DNA from: Epithemia pelagica
Lineage: Eukaryota > Protista > Bacillariophyta
NCBI GenBank assembly: GCA_946965045.2
Contig: OX337234.1
Location: 372,001 to 436,000 of the forward strand
Reading direction: 5' to 3'
DNA length: 64,000 bases
In this document: positions 11,501 to 22,860 of the stretch, one piece after another
How the letters are laid out: each line of letters opens with the position of its first letter
Numbering within the stretch: the stretch's first letter is position 1
Position numbers and translations under genes: made by a program
The notes under the pieces: model-generated
Told to the model about the DNA's origin: nothing
What the model saw: the letters and a program-made list of their open reading frames with translations, nothing else
The model's database searches: none

Positions 11501-12204
11501 GAATAGTCTGGCGATCTCGAAATGATGTGTCCGTATAACTTGCGTTGTTCGTATATTCTTGAAGTATAGACATCGGTCGCTTTCGCTTGCAGGAGAGTCG
11601 CCACGTCCATGGCAAGGCGGTCATCCATGTGGTGGACTAACATTGAAGAAGTGGCACAGTGTATACCGAGAGTACGAGACACTGCTTGCTTTTGTTTCCT
11701 TCTCGAAATACGCCGAAATAAAGCAAGTAAGATGATTTTTGCCATTCTCTTTTTGGTTTCTTTCCTCTTTGCAAAGACTGGTATTAGCGCAGTTTTGTGA
11801 AAGACAGTATTGACTTGATCATTGTTACTGTGGCTTGACTTGATCCGACACACAAGCTTTTTGTTCGTTTTGTACAAAGCACTATAATATATTTCACGAC
11901 TCTTATCTATGAGCTCATAATCGACAAAACGGGATGTTTAGTGACAGAGTCCAATTTGGTCGAACACATTCCATGTATGAGACTATGGATGACGGCTTTT
12001 CCTGGACATTGATATGAATCATGGTGCACAGACAGGTGGACGTCGATCGTATCCAATACTACCGACATATTAACTTCGTAGCAGTGTGAGGAGAACGCTG
12101 TCGCCTCCTCCTCTTTCTTTCTCCGATTTCACCACGACAGAAATAGACTGATGAAATGAGTTTAGGTATGTGATATTCGTTGTATTGGTGCACAGACCAG
12201 CCTA

Positions 12205-14547
12205 CTAGATTGGTCCGGTTTCAATAATTACAAGGAGGAACTTCGTCTCTTCCGTTGGTGCGAGGGAAACCGTGCCATTTTCAACAGTGAGCCAGCTCGG
12301 ACCTCCCGCCGCCAGCCCAAGAAAAGCCACTTCGTGCGGGTCCACCAGCAATTGGTCCGCCATGTATTTGTCCCAACTAATATCTAACTCGGCAAACAAG
12401 TTTTGGAGGGAAGATGCAAACAAAACTGATACTTCGCAGTTCGATCTCAGACGATTGACCACGTTTGAAAAGACCTCCTTTGTCAAACCGTTAGCATAGT
12501 TTGTGCATTCAACGTGCAATACATCCTGGATCTTGCCCCCAACTTGCTTGGTGATGCAGCCATCCCGGCGTTCACCTTCCCGACGGCGCTTCAAGGAACC
12601 TTGAAAGGCATTGGCTGTCGCTTTTTTCCACTTCTCCAAGTAGGGGGAGTCAGTACTCGAGCAACACGGCATGACCACGTCAACAAACTTTTTTGCCGTC
12701 GCGTACTCGTTTAGTGCCGACTGAATGGCTTTCGTGGTTGCGGAAACCTTGTCGGCTTGCAACTCATCCGTATTTTGCATAAAGTGATAAACACAAGCAA
12801 AGAAATGCGGAAGCAGGATTCCTTGTCCCACACCCCGGTCACAGTTCATGGACGCCAAGCAAACCGAAGCAAGACTTAATATCTCTAACAAGTCTCCATT
12901 TAGTTTGAGGGCAGCTGGGTTCGCGGAAGGAACACTGGGCTGGAATAGCTCCGAGTTTTTCTGATACGCTCTCCGAACAGATATTGCATTGCACGTCTCA
13001 TCAACTAGTGGAAATAGTTTTGGATTGCTGGGGTCCAAGGAAGACGTGGACCAGCTTGTCAATGCTGTAAACAACAGTGGCTCTTCGCTGGGGACGACCA
13101 TTTGAACGCGAAAACCGAGACGAAGGGCTTGAGAACGCGTGAGCCGATGGGTTCCGCTGGAATAGTCTGAAGGATTGACCATGTATCCAAAATGTTTCCC
13201 AACAAGCTGATAGGTGGTCAAATCTGTAGCATTGTGGTCAACTTGTGCTCGATATAGTTGACAGAGCTGGAAGGTCGGATTCTCCGTCCATGCCGACGAT
13301 TTTTTCCGCTGCAACCTGACTTGGACAGTTTCGACAATCTGGTCAAAAGAAGTCTCGGCAGTACCCAAATCAGATAGATAGGAGGCAACCAAAGGTCGTT
13401 CCAGTGGACTTAGGTATGGTATCTCGGCGGTCGGTTTTGTCGTATGAAATCTGGGCAATCTGGTAACAAGTCCACACCAGTCAGGATCAGCATCCGTACT
13501 ACTCGAATCAGAGCCTTGCACAATTGCATTCTGCGCCCCAGTATGAGTGCTCATGAGCACCGGAGATATTCCAAGGGCTCTCAAAACATCGCGAAGACTG
13601 ATGAATAGCGAGTAGTCAGAGTTTCCAGTGGAGGGTATTTCGTCCAGAAACACCAACAAAGGTTCTCCGAGATTCTTGACTTTCTCTTGTATGCTTGAAA
13701 AGGTGACTTTGGCGTCTGGACGTTCGGAGTTTGGGAACAAAATCCGGTCCAATAAAGTTGCCAATTGGCAAACCACACCGCTTACCCGAAACCAAATCCG
13801 ATACGCATTTGCGCCATTTGACCCCTCTTCCTTGGCAAGCCGTCCAAAGTCTTTCAATGCATTTCTTAGCAGGATTGCCAGTTCTTTGTGAGGTTTGTAA
13901 AATTCTTGAACAAAGTCGGAGTAGCTGGCATCGCAAAGCAAATAGCGAACCCTGTCACCGTACTTGTAGGCCGCAGTTGCGGCAAGCTGGGTCTTGCCCG
14001 TTCCCGAAGGCGCAATAATGGCTGTGAACGACGCGGCACCGTAGCCAAGAGTTGTGGTGGATAATGGGACAAGATGCGCCAACGACTCGTCAACGTCGTC
14101 TTGATTGGCACATGCTATCGCGGCGTTGGCGTAGGAATGTAAGTCGTGATCCTTCAAAAACTGCAGTGTCAGGAAGGAACAATCCAACGAACATTGGTCC
14201 ACTCGGGTAAGGAACTCTTGCATCGCCGCAGTACGGTGTTGCTGTTGAAACAGCTGCTGCTGCTCCTGCTGTACTTGAATGCGGTAGCGTGTCTCTCCAA
14301 TCGTCACGATACCACCATCACAATAGAGGAGAGACCCGAACGTCTGGACAGTCGGCACACGTCCATTGGAATCCAACGCCGAAAAGGAAATCGGAAGGTC
14401 CGCGTAACTCGATGTCAAGCCTCCGATGGTGTGGTCTGCTCCGTCTTGACCCCATTGCACCGTCACGCAGCTGTCGACTCTCTGGAACACTACCACCACA
14501 GGAAGCTCCTCCCGAGGATCTGCTGCAGCAGCGGTAATAGTAGCCAT
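12205..14547 (-). CDS. CRN-like P-loop NTPase + C-terminal REase-like protein with its own ~100-aa header (780 aa)
   Basis: Walker A APSGTGKT and Walker B LLVFLDE are present. The C-terminus has GDLLE...RRDGC...HVECTNY, which resembles PD-(D/E)xK. A poly-Q linker follows the header. It is a close paralog of 35726-37819. Confidence 0.75.
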   Translation of the reverse strand: MATITAAAADPREELPVVVVFQRVDSCVTVQWGQDGADHTIGGLTSSYADLPISFSALDSNGRVPTVQTFGSLLYCDGGIVTIGETRYRIQVQQEQQQLFQQQHRTAAMQEFLTRVDQCSLDCSFLTLQFLKDHDLHSYANAAIACANQDDVDESLAHLVPLSTTTLGYGAASFTAIIAPSGTGKTQLAATAAYKYGDRVRYLLCDASYSDFVQEFYKPHKELAILLRNALKDFGRLAKEEGSNGANAYRIWFRVSGVVCQLATLLDRILFPNSERPDAKVTFSSIQEKVKNLGEPLLVFLDEIPSTGNSDYSLFISLRDVLRALGISPVLMSTHTGAQNAIVQGSDSSSTDADPDWCGLVTRLPRFHTTKPTAEIPYLSPLERPLVASYLSDLGTAETSFDQIVETVQVRLQRKKSSAWTENPTFQLCQLYRAQVDHNATDLTTYQLVGKHFGYMVNPSDYSSGTHRLTRSQALRLGFRVQMVVPSEEPLLFTALTSWSTSSLDPSNPKLFPLVDETCNAISVRRAYQKNSELFQPSVPSANPAALKLNGDLLEILSLASVCLASMNCDRGVGQGILLPHFFACVYHFMQNTDELQADKVSATTKAIQSALNEYATAKKFVDVVMPCCSSTDSPYLEKWKKATANAFQGSLKRRREGERRDGCITKQVGGKIQDVLHVECTNYANGLTKEVFSNVVNRLRSNCEVSVLFASSLQNLFAELDISWDKYMADQLLVDPHEVAFLGLAAGGPSWLTVENGTVSLAPTEETKFLLVIIETGPI

Positions 14548-15740
14548 GGTGGACTTTTGCTAATACGACCGGAATACACAAAGGGTGATTTTGTTGTACC
14601 CTCTGGTGGGATTTTTGTTTGTCGCGGGCATTGGGTGGAGGAATCTCATAGCGGTTACAGTTACAGCGTAGCCGCAATCTCTTGCAAAAAAAGGGTGGGT
14701 CTTGACATCGTAAGTTTCCCGAAAAATGGTGATTTGACCGAAAAAATCAAAAACTCTTTCAAATAAAATGGACAAAAGTTTTGTATTTTTCTGGAATTGA
14801 TTCTGTTTTCGTTTCTGTGAACAAAAATGTTCGACCGGGTACAGAATGAACGTGTCGGGTAAGCCGGCAGGCTACAATAAGTGGGTCTGGGGGTGGAAAA
14901 ATAACAATGACCGGGTATCAGATTCCACCATTGCAACAAAACTTTCCAACGGTAGCCAAAAAATCGCCGGGCCATCCGATATTCAAAAACATTCGGAAAG
15001 AAAGAAAATGAATGCTCGAAGAACGGTCATTGCCTGCAAAGACGTTTTATTGAATATAAAACATTTTCCCACGTCAAGCCACGTCATAATCACGCCCAAC
15101 GAACTTACCATGAAATATCTCCCTTTGCCCTACTACTGTAGCAGGAGTAGCAACTATGTCACTAACATGTCTCTAGAGCCAAACATAGAGGCTGATCAAG
15201 ACCCTGACTTCTAGACTCTACCTAGCTAGACCCTGGCAAACGCCACAAAAAAGCATCAGAAGGCAGCACCGCCATGCAATGCGTTCGCAATTGACGATGT
15301 CAGCCCCAGTCACGGAAGGACTAGGAAGCAGACTCCCCCTAGCTAGACCTAGCTAGAATCAGACGTGGTAGTCCTGACCTACTACCTAGAGATGCTGGCG
15401 AAAAATCGTACACCATTAACAAACCAAAGTTTTCCTTAGAATTGCGGCGGGATTACGTTTCTACAACCGATCGTACCCATCATTCTGAATCGTAAGCAGA
15501 GGCAGCCGCGACGACAAACCGACGAACAATCGATACAGTGCAATCGTCGCACCAAGGAACGACGACGGAGTTGGGGGAAATCGGTCCTCCCACCCGAAGA
15601 GTGCCTAGGCTAGGGGAGTTGACTATGATTGTGTTCCATTTAGATTGTTACTAGTAGATTATTTTTTGCTATATGTAGTATGTAGTTCAGCTCTCCCACA
15701 GATCACTCCAGTTAGAGCCGACAAGTTCACCAAATCGAAG

Positions 15741-16872
15741 TCATCCATCCATATGCTCTTCGTCCTCATCCAACATGACCACACGATTGGTCGCAACTTG
15801 TTCGTTGTCGACGTTCACGTAAGTGCTGCGTAGTTCCACATGCACAATTGCGTCAAATTGCTGCGCTTGAACTTGATCGGTGAGCTCCTCCAAATTGATC
15901 GGGGTGAGGATCACGTCCCATTGGACAACTTGCTCCTCACATGGGAATGGAAGAGGGACTTCCATTGGGTCTGACCAAATGATGCGCTTGTCCTCCATTG
16001 TCTTCGTGATATCCCCAACCTTGGCTTCGAATGCATTCTTGAGGGCCGAAAGCTCATGCAGAATGCCTAAACTTTGTAGAATGGCATTATTCATAGGCTT
16101 GCTGTAGAGACGGTCAGCAACCCGAACTCGGAGCTGCAAGTATCCGCCATCAGGGGTGACCGAGATCTTGTAGTGACTCTTGGGGCGGCACAGTCCATGG
16201 AAACGGGTTGTCACATGGTCTCGGCCACCATTAGCCTTGTAAACAAAAGAGAACCAAGGAAAATAAAACTTTTTCGACTCTGTCATCTTCTTGGACACCG
16301 TCATCCGTCCCATCTGATTGGTCAAATCATCCAAGGCCGTGGTTGGTTGTAGCTTCGGATTTGGAGTTGACGCTTTCTTGGGCGGAGCTTTCTTGCGGGC
16401 TGGGGTTGTTCCGAGACGAGCAACAGGCATGGTGTCGGCGATGAGTTCTTCGTTGTCTTCTTCTTCGGTATCTTCGAGGTCTTCTCCGAGTTCAAACTCG
16501 TCTTCGCTACCACTATCGTCCGAGATGTCACCAAGACGAAGTTCCTCTTGAGCGGCTTTCGATCCTGTGAATAGAAAAGTAGATTAGAAGACAGAATGAG
16601 TAACCAGTAATAAAGTAGCAAATCACAAACTTACGAGCACGATGTCCATCTTGTGTGCGGCTCACACAGAAATCTCTCGCCTTCTCTCGGAAGCGGTTCG
16701 CGAAGGTTTTCTCTCGCATCACAGGCCAGTGCACGACACGAACGGCCTCAATATCCTCGGGGTCTCGGAGGAGTGGATTGACACCACCACGCTTCTGTCG
16801 AAACAGTCGCAGCAGCTTGATGTCATCCTCTGGACCCCATCGAGGAGCCTTAACAGAAAGCTCGGCACTCAT
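15741..16872 (-). CDS. Harbinger second gene (Myb/SANT-like N-terminus, acidic middle); two exons, intron ~16565-16630, exact splice sites uncertain
   Basis: Exon 1 is MSAELSVKAPRWGPEDDIKLLRLF...HWP...FANRFREKA. After a ttcacag acceptor, the frame DRKAAQEELRLGDISDD...MPVARL joins ORF 15741-16430. Its position opposite the transposase is typical of Harbinger. Confidence 0.6.
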
Positions 16873-17191
16873 TCTGTTGGAACTACTTACGATTTACGCG
16901 AACCATCCAAAATTATGTGAGAAAGATGGCTTTTCTCTGGAGCAGGTTCCTTCGAAAAGTCATCGAGGTTCGAGTTCCGAGACCGGCATGCTTACCTGTG
17001 ACACAATTGTGGAGTGATTGAATACCGTCAAGACCAACTACTCTTGATTTTAGTATTCGTATCATTTATTGCCGTTATTCTATGGTTGAATTCGTGAATA
17101 TGATCTCACGAGTGTCAACAATACATGTGTTATTTGTTATATTCGTTTCTAATTTGTCACGGGCTATTGTATAGGCTATTATAATGGTCAT

Positions 17192-17395
17192 CCCGATATG
17201 ATCGGGCTAGCCCGATATGATCGGGCTAGCCCGAATTGTGCATGCCCTCCCGAATTGATCGGGCTAGCCCGAATTGTGCAAATTACTATGGGGTTTTACA
17301 CGGTGTTTGCCCGATATGATCGGGCTAGCCCGATATGAGCAGTTCTGCCCGATATGATCGGGATAGCCCGATATGATCGGGCTAGCCCGATATGA
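17192..17395. repeat. Palindromic 19-bp tandem repeats (cccgatatgatcgggctag) between the two Harbinger genes
   Basis: About 7 copies of cccgatatga in two clusters. The junctions form the perfect palindrome atcgggctagcccgat. Confidence 0.85.
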
Positions 17396-17737
17396 GCATT
17401 TTGACTGGCTTGCGTGACACATTATACAAGCCCCAATGAAAGGGCTATTGACAGAATGGTACCCAATTTGTACTTTACTACTAAGAAATGGTCCTAGTTT
17501 CAAACGATCAATTTATCAAACTCTCTCTTCAGTTTACATGTGTTCATATTGGCTTGCTTTCTACTACCGAGTCCACCTCCCTACAATATGCTGCTGTGTG
17601 TTATGATAAAATTTGGATTTGGCAGTCGGGGGAGTAGGAAATCTTAAGCAAGATTCCGAACAGAGCCTGCCACTTTTCCAAACGGTTCCGAATGAACTTT
17701 CTCCTCAACTTTGTGATCGGACCATCCGAATCACAAT

Positions 17738-18836
17738 ATGTTCACAATCCTACGTGCACTGTGGACTCCGTCGACCATGACGGATGCGCCTCCTCTGAAG
17801 CGCTCTCGCCTTCATGAGCTCTCCATAGAAGATATGATGCATAAGGCACGCATCATCTTCGGACGCGACCCATACAAGGAGCGGGCTCCAGAAACAGAGG
17901 AGCGGAAGTTTCGGGCACTTTTTGGATGCTCACCCACTGTCATGCTTGCGTTGTGGAACCTTCTGGTAGAGTATTGTTTGTTGCCTGAAGGAGGCAGGCT
18001 CATCCATTTGTTTTGGGCCTTGATGTTCGTCAAAGTGTATCCCACAGAGGATACACTTGCAAAACTTTGCGCGGATCCAAGGGTCCATGATCGAAAAACA
18101 CTTCGAAAATGGATTCGGCTGTTCATGACAGCCGTCTCCTACCTAACAGATATAGTGGTAAGTTGATTGCAATGTCGACCTGAATGTTTCCTATTATGGT
18201 CTAACCCTTTGGATTGCTTTTCTTTGGCAGATTGATTTTGATAATCGTCTTAGTGATGACGTTGGCAATGATTGCCTTGTCAATGTAGATGGCACGGATT
18301 TTCTTATTCGCCACAATGGGCGCAAATTTTTCTCCTACAAGTATCAGCACTCCGGTCTCCGCTACGAGGTTGCAACGTGCATTCGCACGGGAGATCTGGT
18401 GTGGATTTCTGGTCCATGGGAGCCAGGCATCTACAACGATCTGTCTGTGTTCCGCAACAGCGGAATCATCAATCTACTGGACGAGGGTGAACGCGTGGAA
18501 GCCGATGATGGCTACCGTGGTGAAGCGCCCATGTATGTCCGTTGCCCGTGCGTCTGTGGAACGGCAATCGAAGAATTCGAACGGATGGAAGCAATCTGCC
18601 GACGACGCCACGAAACAATCAACAAACGATTTAAACAATTTGGCGCCCTCAAACAAGTGTGGCGCCACCAGCTCATCAATCATGGGAAGGCATTTCGACT
18701 GGCTGCCGTTGTGACGCAGCTTTCAATCCAGCATGGTGAGCCTCTATTTGATGTAGACTACGTCGATCCCAATTGGGACGACGACTACATTGCTCAAATT
18801 GAGTATGGCCCAGATTTGGCAGCCGTGGAGCTCTAG
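17738..18836 (+). CDS. Harbinger (DDE_Tnp_4-type) transposase, 341 aa; exons 17738-18157 and 18231-18836
   Basis: The GTAAGT...GGCAG intron is phase 0. The spliced protein has VDGTDF, SYKYQHSGLRYEV, WISGPWEPG, NDLSVFR, VEADDGYRGE and RRRHETINKRFKQFGAL, so the D-D-E triad is intact. Confidence 0.9.
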
Positions 18837-19025
18837 AAGTTAGCGTATCTTTAATCTAGTAATTACTCATAGTGTGTTACTACAATTCCATTCCATTAGT
18901 AGACATGACCGTCCTCCCCAGTTGCCAAAATCTATACTCGTTAGAGTGTCCTATGACTCCGACGCCCTATTTTTTTGCCTAAAACCCTGATTGTGCATAG
19001 TAGGGCCGATTTCCCCCAACTCCGA

Positions 19026-19310
19026 CGTCACCGTCACCGAGGTGATTACAAAAGTAGGAGTAGATGAAGACGAAAGGATCGCCAGAGCCGTCGTAACGCC
19101 GCCGACTCGGAGGATTCCAACGACAGTCATCGTCACCGTAACCACAAACGACGCCCCAAGGAGGAAACGCACAAGGACAATGGCGAGGACAAGAAGATGA
19201 AACCAATGGCCGAGTTTCTAGAGGCATCCTCCGTTCAAGGTTCCAAACAGGGCTAAGTCTTTGAACAGGGATCCAAAGGGTTGGGTTACTATCGTGATCG
19301 AATGGGTGCC
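19026..19310 (+). pseudogene. 3' part of an Arg-rich gene ending in an FxxAxxxxGxKxGYVFxxGxxGLGYYxD-type motif, interrupted by the Harbinger element
   Basis: The frame reads RHRHRGDYKSRSR*RRKD...EFLEASSVQGSKQG*VFEQGSKGLGYYRD, with stops at 19065-67 and 19254-56. It is in frame with the left flank (15440-15566) once the element is removed. Confidence 0.5.
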
Positions 19311-20156
19311 ACGTAATGTTGGGAAGAGAAATCCAATACCAAGTGCAGGAGCTATAACGCAGTGATTCAAGTACAATTTCACAGAGCTGAGGAGAACGAG
19401 AAAGGGGGTAGTATGAATGTGGACCTGGTTCTATACCAAAGGGTGGCATGTGCGGGATGGGTGACAGGAATTGTGAGCCAGAGGGTTGCTGTAAGCATAT
19501 ACTCGAATCAAAATGTTACTCTTCCGCTGGAGAGAGATACGCTCGCCTGTGTTGATGTGCAATAACTTGACTTGAGAGTAGTTGATGGTTGAGGGCAGTG
19601 GTTGGATTGGCGGCTAACAACAACAACAACAACACTCACCAAGCAATCCATAATCACATCAGTTGGATCATTTCTGTTTCTAGTTGTGGTGGATTCGACC
19701 AAATGATTCTAGTTGTGGTGGATTCGACAACCGAGCCCCTCCCCCCCCTTGTGGTGCACTTCTTCTTCTTCTTCTTTCGAATGATATAGGTCCCATCACA
19801 CGGCTCTCACAACAACACGGGCGGTTCTTTTGTGTATTGGAACTCTGGAACGGTACTACCTGCCTGTTGCTCCGAGTTTGGCGTTTGGTACCCTCCTAGC
19901 AGTAGACATTTCGTTTCTTTCTGTATACAGATAATGTATGTGTGTGTACCAGCAGATCTACGACACACTTTCCCCAAAACTGGGAGGAATGCATAGGCAT
20001 CCCCACTTCTACACACAAACCAAACTCGGTCATCATGTGGTTGCTCTGGTTCTTCTTTGGTTGTTGTTGAAGTTGTTGTTGTTGTTTTGATGATGGTGGT
20101 GACAGAAGTGATGGTGGTTGCTTTGTCGTCCTCGTCGTCGTGTGGTGGTGGATCGG

Positions 20157-21987
20157 CTATTGTTGTGGTTCTTGTGCTTCTTGTTGCTCCCAGAGACGAC
20201 GCGCTTCCACCGCCGTTCGTTGCACGGCCACGAGCAGGGCCGCCTGATACTGGACCAGGACGGTCCATTCGGGAAGGGGAATCTCCACGGGTCGGTGTTG
20301 TTGTTGTTGTTGCTGTTGTTGTTGGAGCCAGACGGCCTGTCGTTCCATAAAGTCCACCACGTTGGTGGTCATGGTTTTGGGTTGTCGAATCCACCAAAAT
20401 TTCAAACAGGGGTCATCAAAGTGGTACAACAAAGTCGTCTTGTTGTGGTTGTCTGCACGGCACTGATTGTCCAATCCAATCGAGACATGGCGTCGAAAGG
20501 ACCATTTTTGCGGATAGGCCTCCACAAAGCCATAATCCCGAAAAAGTTCTGGTGTCCCATACCAGGACTTGGCCCGTCCTTGACAATCCAAGGGACAGGC
20601 ATTATAACTAATCGCGAGTTCGTCACCCTGCGGAATATCGTGTGTGGCATAAATGGTAATGTTGGCTTGTCGGGTATCATGGACCGAATGCCGTTCGGCC
20701 AAATTGGCGGCCGGACCATTGGCATGACTGACCATGTCGTAGACGGGAATCAACACTTCATCCCACGATCGATACGTCAAGACGAGATTGGCCAAGCCAT
20801 GATAGTGGGTGGGTTCCGGACACTGGGGACCCGCTTCCAACACTTTGGCCGGTGGCAACACGGCCTTGTCCGACGTGGTATTCCAGGCCAGGATGTTCGT
20901 TTTTAAAAATTCTTGACTGGCCGGGGACCATGTCCGGGGAATCAAGTGGGGCGTTTGCACTTGTTTGTAGAGAAAGGACAAGTAGGGTTCGTAAAAGGCC
21001 GACGACGATGATCGATGGCCCGTTTCAAGGAGCGTTTGCCATTGCTGGGCCACAAAGTCGACCGTTTCACACACGTCGCCGCGAGCCAAAGTACTTGTTT
21101 TCGTGGAGGGTCCTCCCCCTCCTCCCATGGTATTCGTTTCGGGGTGGTGGTGGGAGACAAAGGGTGGTCGAATGACACAGGCTTGTGGAATGACCAAGAG
21201 TACTTGGTCTTGAGCAATGTGGGTCTTGGCAAAAATGCCATGGTACGAGGTGGAGTCGTGGGGGGGTTGCGCGACGCAATTCATAACTGGAATGGACAAA
21301 GCCACCATTGGATCGAACCCATTCGACCAACCGGTCAAAGTGTTGTTCCGTGGTCCAATCATGATTGACATTGACGACGACCGAATCCTTTGTTCGGGGA
21401 GTGTCCTTGTCGTTGTCCGGGGGATTCTGGTTGTCCTGGTAGTGTCTTTGTTGTGGGTCCTTTTCCGAACGAATGCTTGGTTCCATCGGCCCGCCATGTT
21501 GTTCTTCTTGTTGTTGTTGTAGTTGTTGTTGATCCATTGAGGCTGTTGTAAGGACCGTTGTGTACTTGTTGTGGTTTGGTTCATTGTACGGAATGGCATG
21601 GTGTTTCTTCATGTTTTGTGGTGGTGATGGTTCCAATCTCCAATCATCATCATCATCATCTTTTGTGGTCGTTGGATGCAAATCGGTACGAACCATGACA
21701 ATGCACAAGGCCAGAGACAAGAGGAGGGATCGAGGGATCCATCGAGTACTGCAAAGAGAATCGAAGGACCATTGTTGTTGTTCTTGTGGCTGCTTTTGTG
21801 GCTGTTGCGGCTGTGGCAGTGGCTGCTCTCGCACCAGCATCCACTGGTGGTTTTGGAACAGGGACCTTCGGTTTCTTCTAGTGAGTGTCATGTTTCGTGT
21901 GTGTGTGTCTCTCTCTCGTCTCGGCTCGTTGGTTGTGTGGTTGTGGAACTTTTTGTTCGGTGACAAAGAACCCCCCACAAATGTCAT
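20157..21987 (-). CDS. SET-domain (Rubisco LSMT-like) protein with an N-terminal TM anchor; split by a 1-nt frameshift in the G7 run at 21260-21266
   Basis: ORF 21067-21987 (FDRLVEWVRSNGGFVH...ELRRATPP) continues in ORF 20157-21599 (HGIFAK...LLVIPQACVI...LIPVYDMVSH...DIPQGDELAISYN...ELFRDYGFVE). This could be a pseudogene or a homopolymer sequencing error. Confidence 0.75.
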
Positions 21988-22368
21988 TTTTTTGGTGTTG
22001 TGAGAGATGTGATGGCCTCTCTCTTCATTCGTGACTCCAAAGAATATTGCCCTTCGCGAGCATCGCGCCAGACAAACTTGATGCCAAACGTGACGTCATG
22101 TACTAGGACAAATTACGTAGGCTCTACTGCGTTGGGACACATAGCAGCGCGGCGAAATTTACCCCCCAGCGGGGATGAGTCATGAGGTTTAGTGATTCGA
22201 TTCTTGTGTGCAAAATTCACGACACATATGCGACCCGACTATTCACCCCTGCTTGGGGGTAGGCGAAATTGGAGTTCAGCCGTGTTCCAAACAATTCGGA
22301 TTGTTGGACAGACGACCAACGAGACATCTACGAGAAATCTGTACGGAGTGCGGGGGAGATACAAAAAT

Positions 22369-22420
22369 GTGAGTTGTGAGTTGTGAGTTGTGAGCTACGA
22401 GAGTTGTGAGTTGTGAGTTG
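22369..22420. repeat. Short 7-bp tandem repeat (tgtgagt)n
   Basis: gtgagttgtgagttgtgagttgtgagc...gagttgtgagttgtgagtt. Confidence 0.8.
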
Positions 22421-22671
22421 GAAGCTATACATGCTATCCATGATAGGTATGCTAGGTGTCCCAACAGCCCCTAGTACGGTCATAAGCTAGATTTGTAGGA
22501 GTAAATGAGAGTTTACCCTCCGATTGCGGGGGTACCTCCCGTCTGCTGTCTACACGCTAATATCCAAATTTTTAAAAAAATATCATTTGGATTTTTTACA
22601 GTAACTTTTTTATTTTTCTAGATTCAATAATTGGATATAACGGTCAAACAGACCTCCCCGAACCACAGTTA

Positions 22672-22860
22672 ACCTGTGGGCCATTTATACCCTATCCCTA
22701 ATGACCCTACGACAAATCCTTTTGATGCTCCCACCTGTGGGCCATTTATACCCTATCCCTAATGACCCTACGACAAATCCTTTTGATGCTCCCACCTGTG
22801 GGCCATTTATACCCTATCCCTAATGACCCTATGACAAAACCTTTGGATACTCCCACCTGT
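22672..22860. repeat. 61-bp minisatellite, 3 copies plus a partial copy
   Basis: acctgt recurs at 22672, 22733, 22794 and 22855 with near-identical intervening sequence. Confidence 0.9.

Larger units (their letters stand above)
15567..19023. mobile_element. PIF/Harbinger DNA transposon, apparently full length (3457 bp)
   Basis: The TIRs GGAGTTGGGGGAAATCGG(T/C)CCT at 15567-15588 and 19002-19023 match 21/22, with a 3-bp direct repeat GAC at 15564-66 and 19024-26. It encodes a DDE transposase and a divergent second gene. Removing the element restores a continuous Arg-rich reading frame. Confidence 0.85.

Noticed and set aside
14560-15430. Possible MITE upstream of the first CRN gene (gaccggg and ctagctagacc motifs)
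   Set aside because: No convincing TIR pair or target duplication could be identified by eye.
19807-20397. 196-aa minus-strand ORF as a separate gene
   Set aside because: It overlaps the SET C-terminus in another frame and is mostly T/G-rich low complexity. There is no independent support.
21260-21266. Programmed ribosomal frameshift in the SET gene
   Set aside because: There is no canonical slippery heptamer or obvious downstream structure. A homopolymer indel (error or mutation) is more likely.
22369-22420. (tgtgagt)n and (ccaacaa)n at ~63791-63822 as telomeric repeats
   Set aside because: They are short, internal and not TTAGGG-like, so they are treated as simple repeats.
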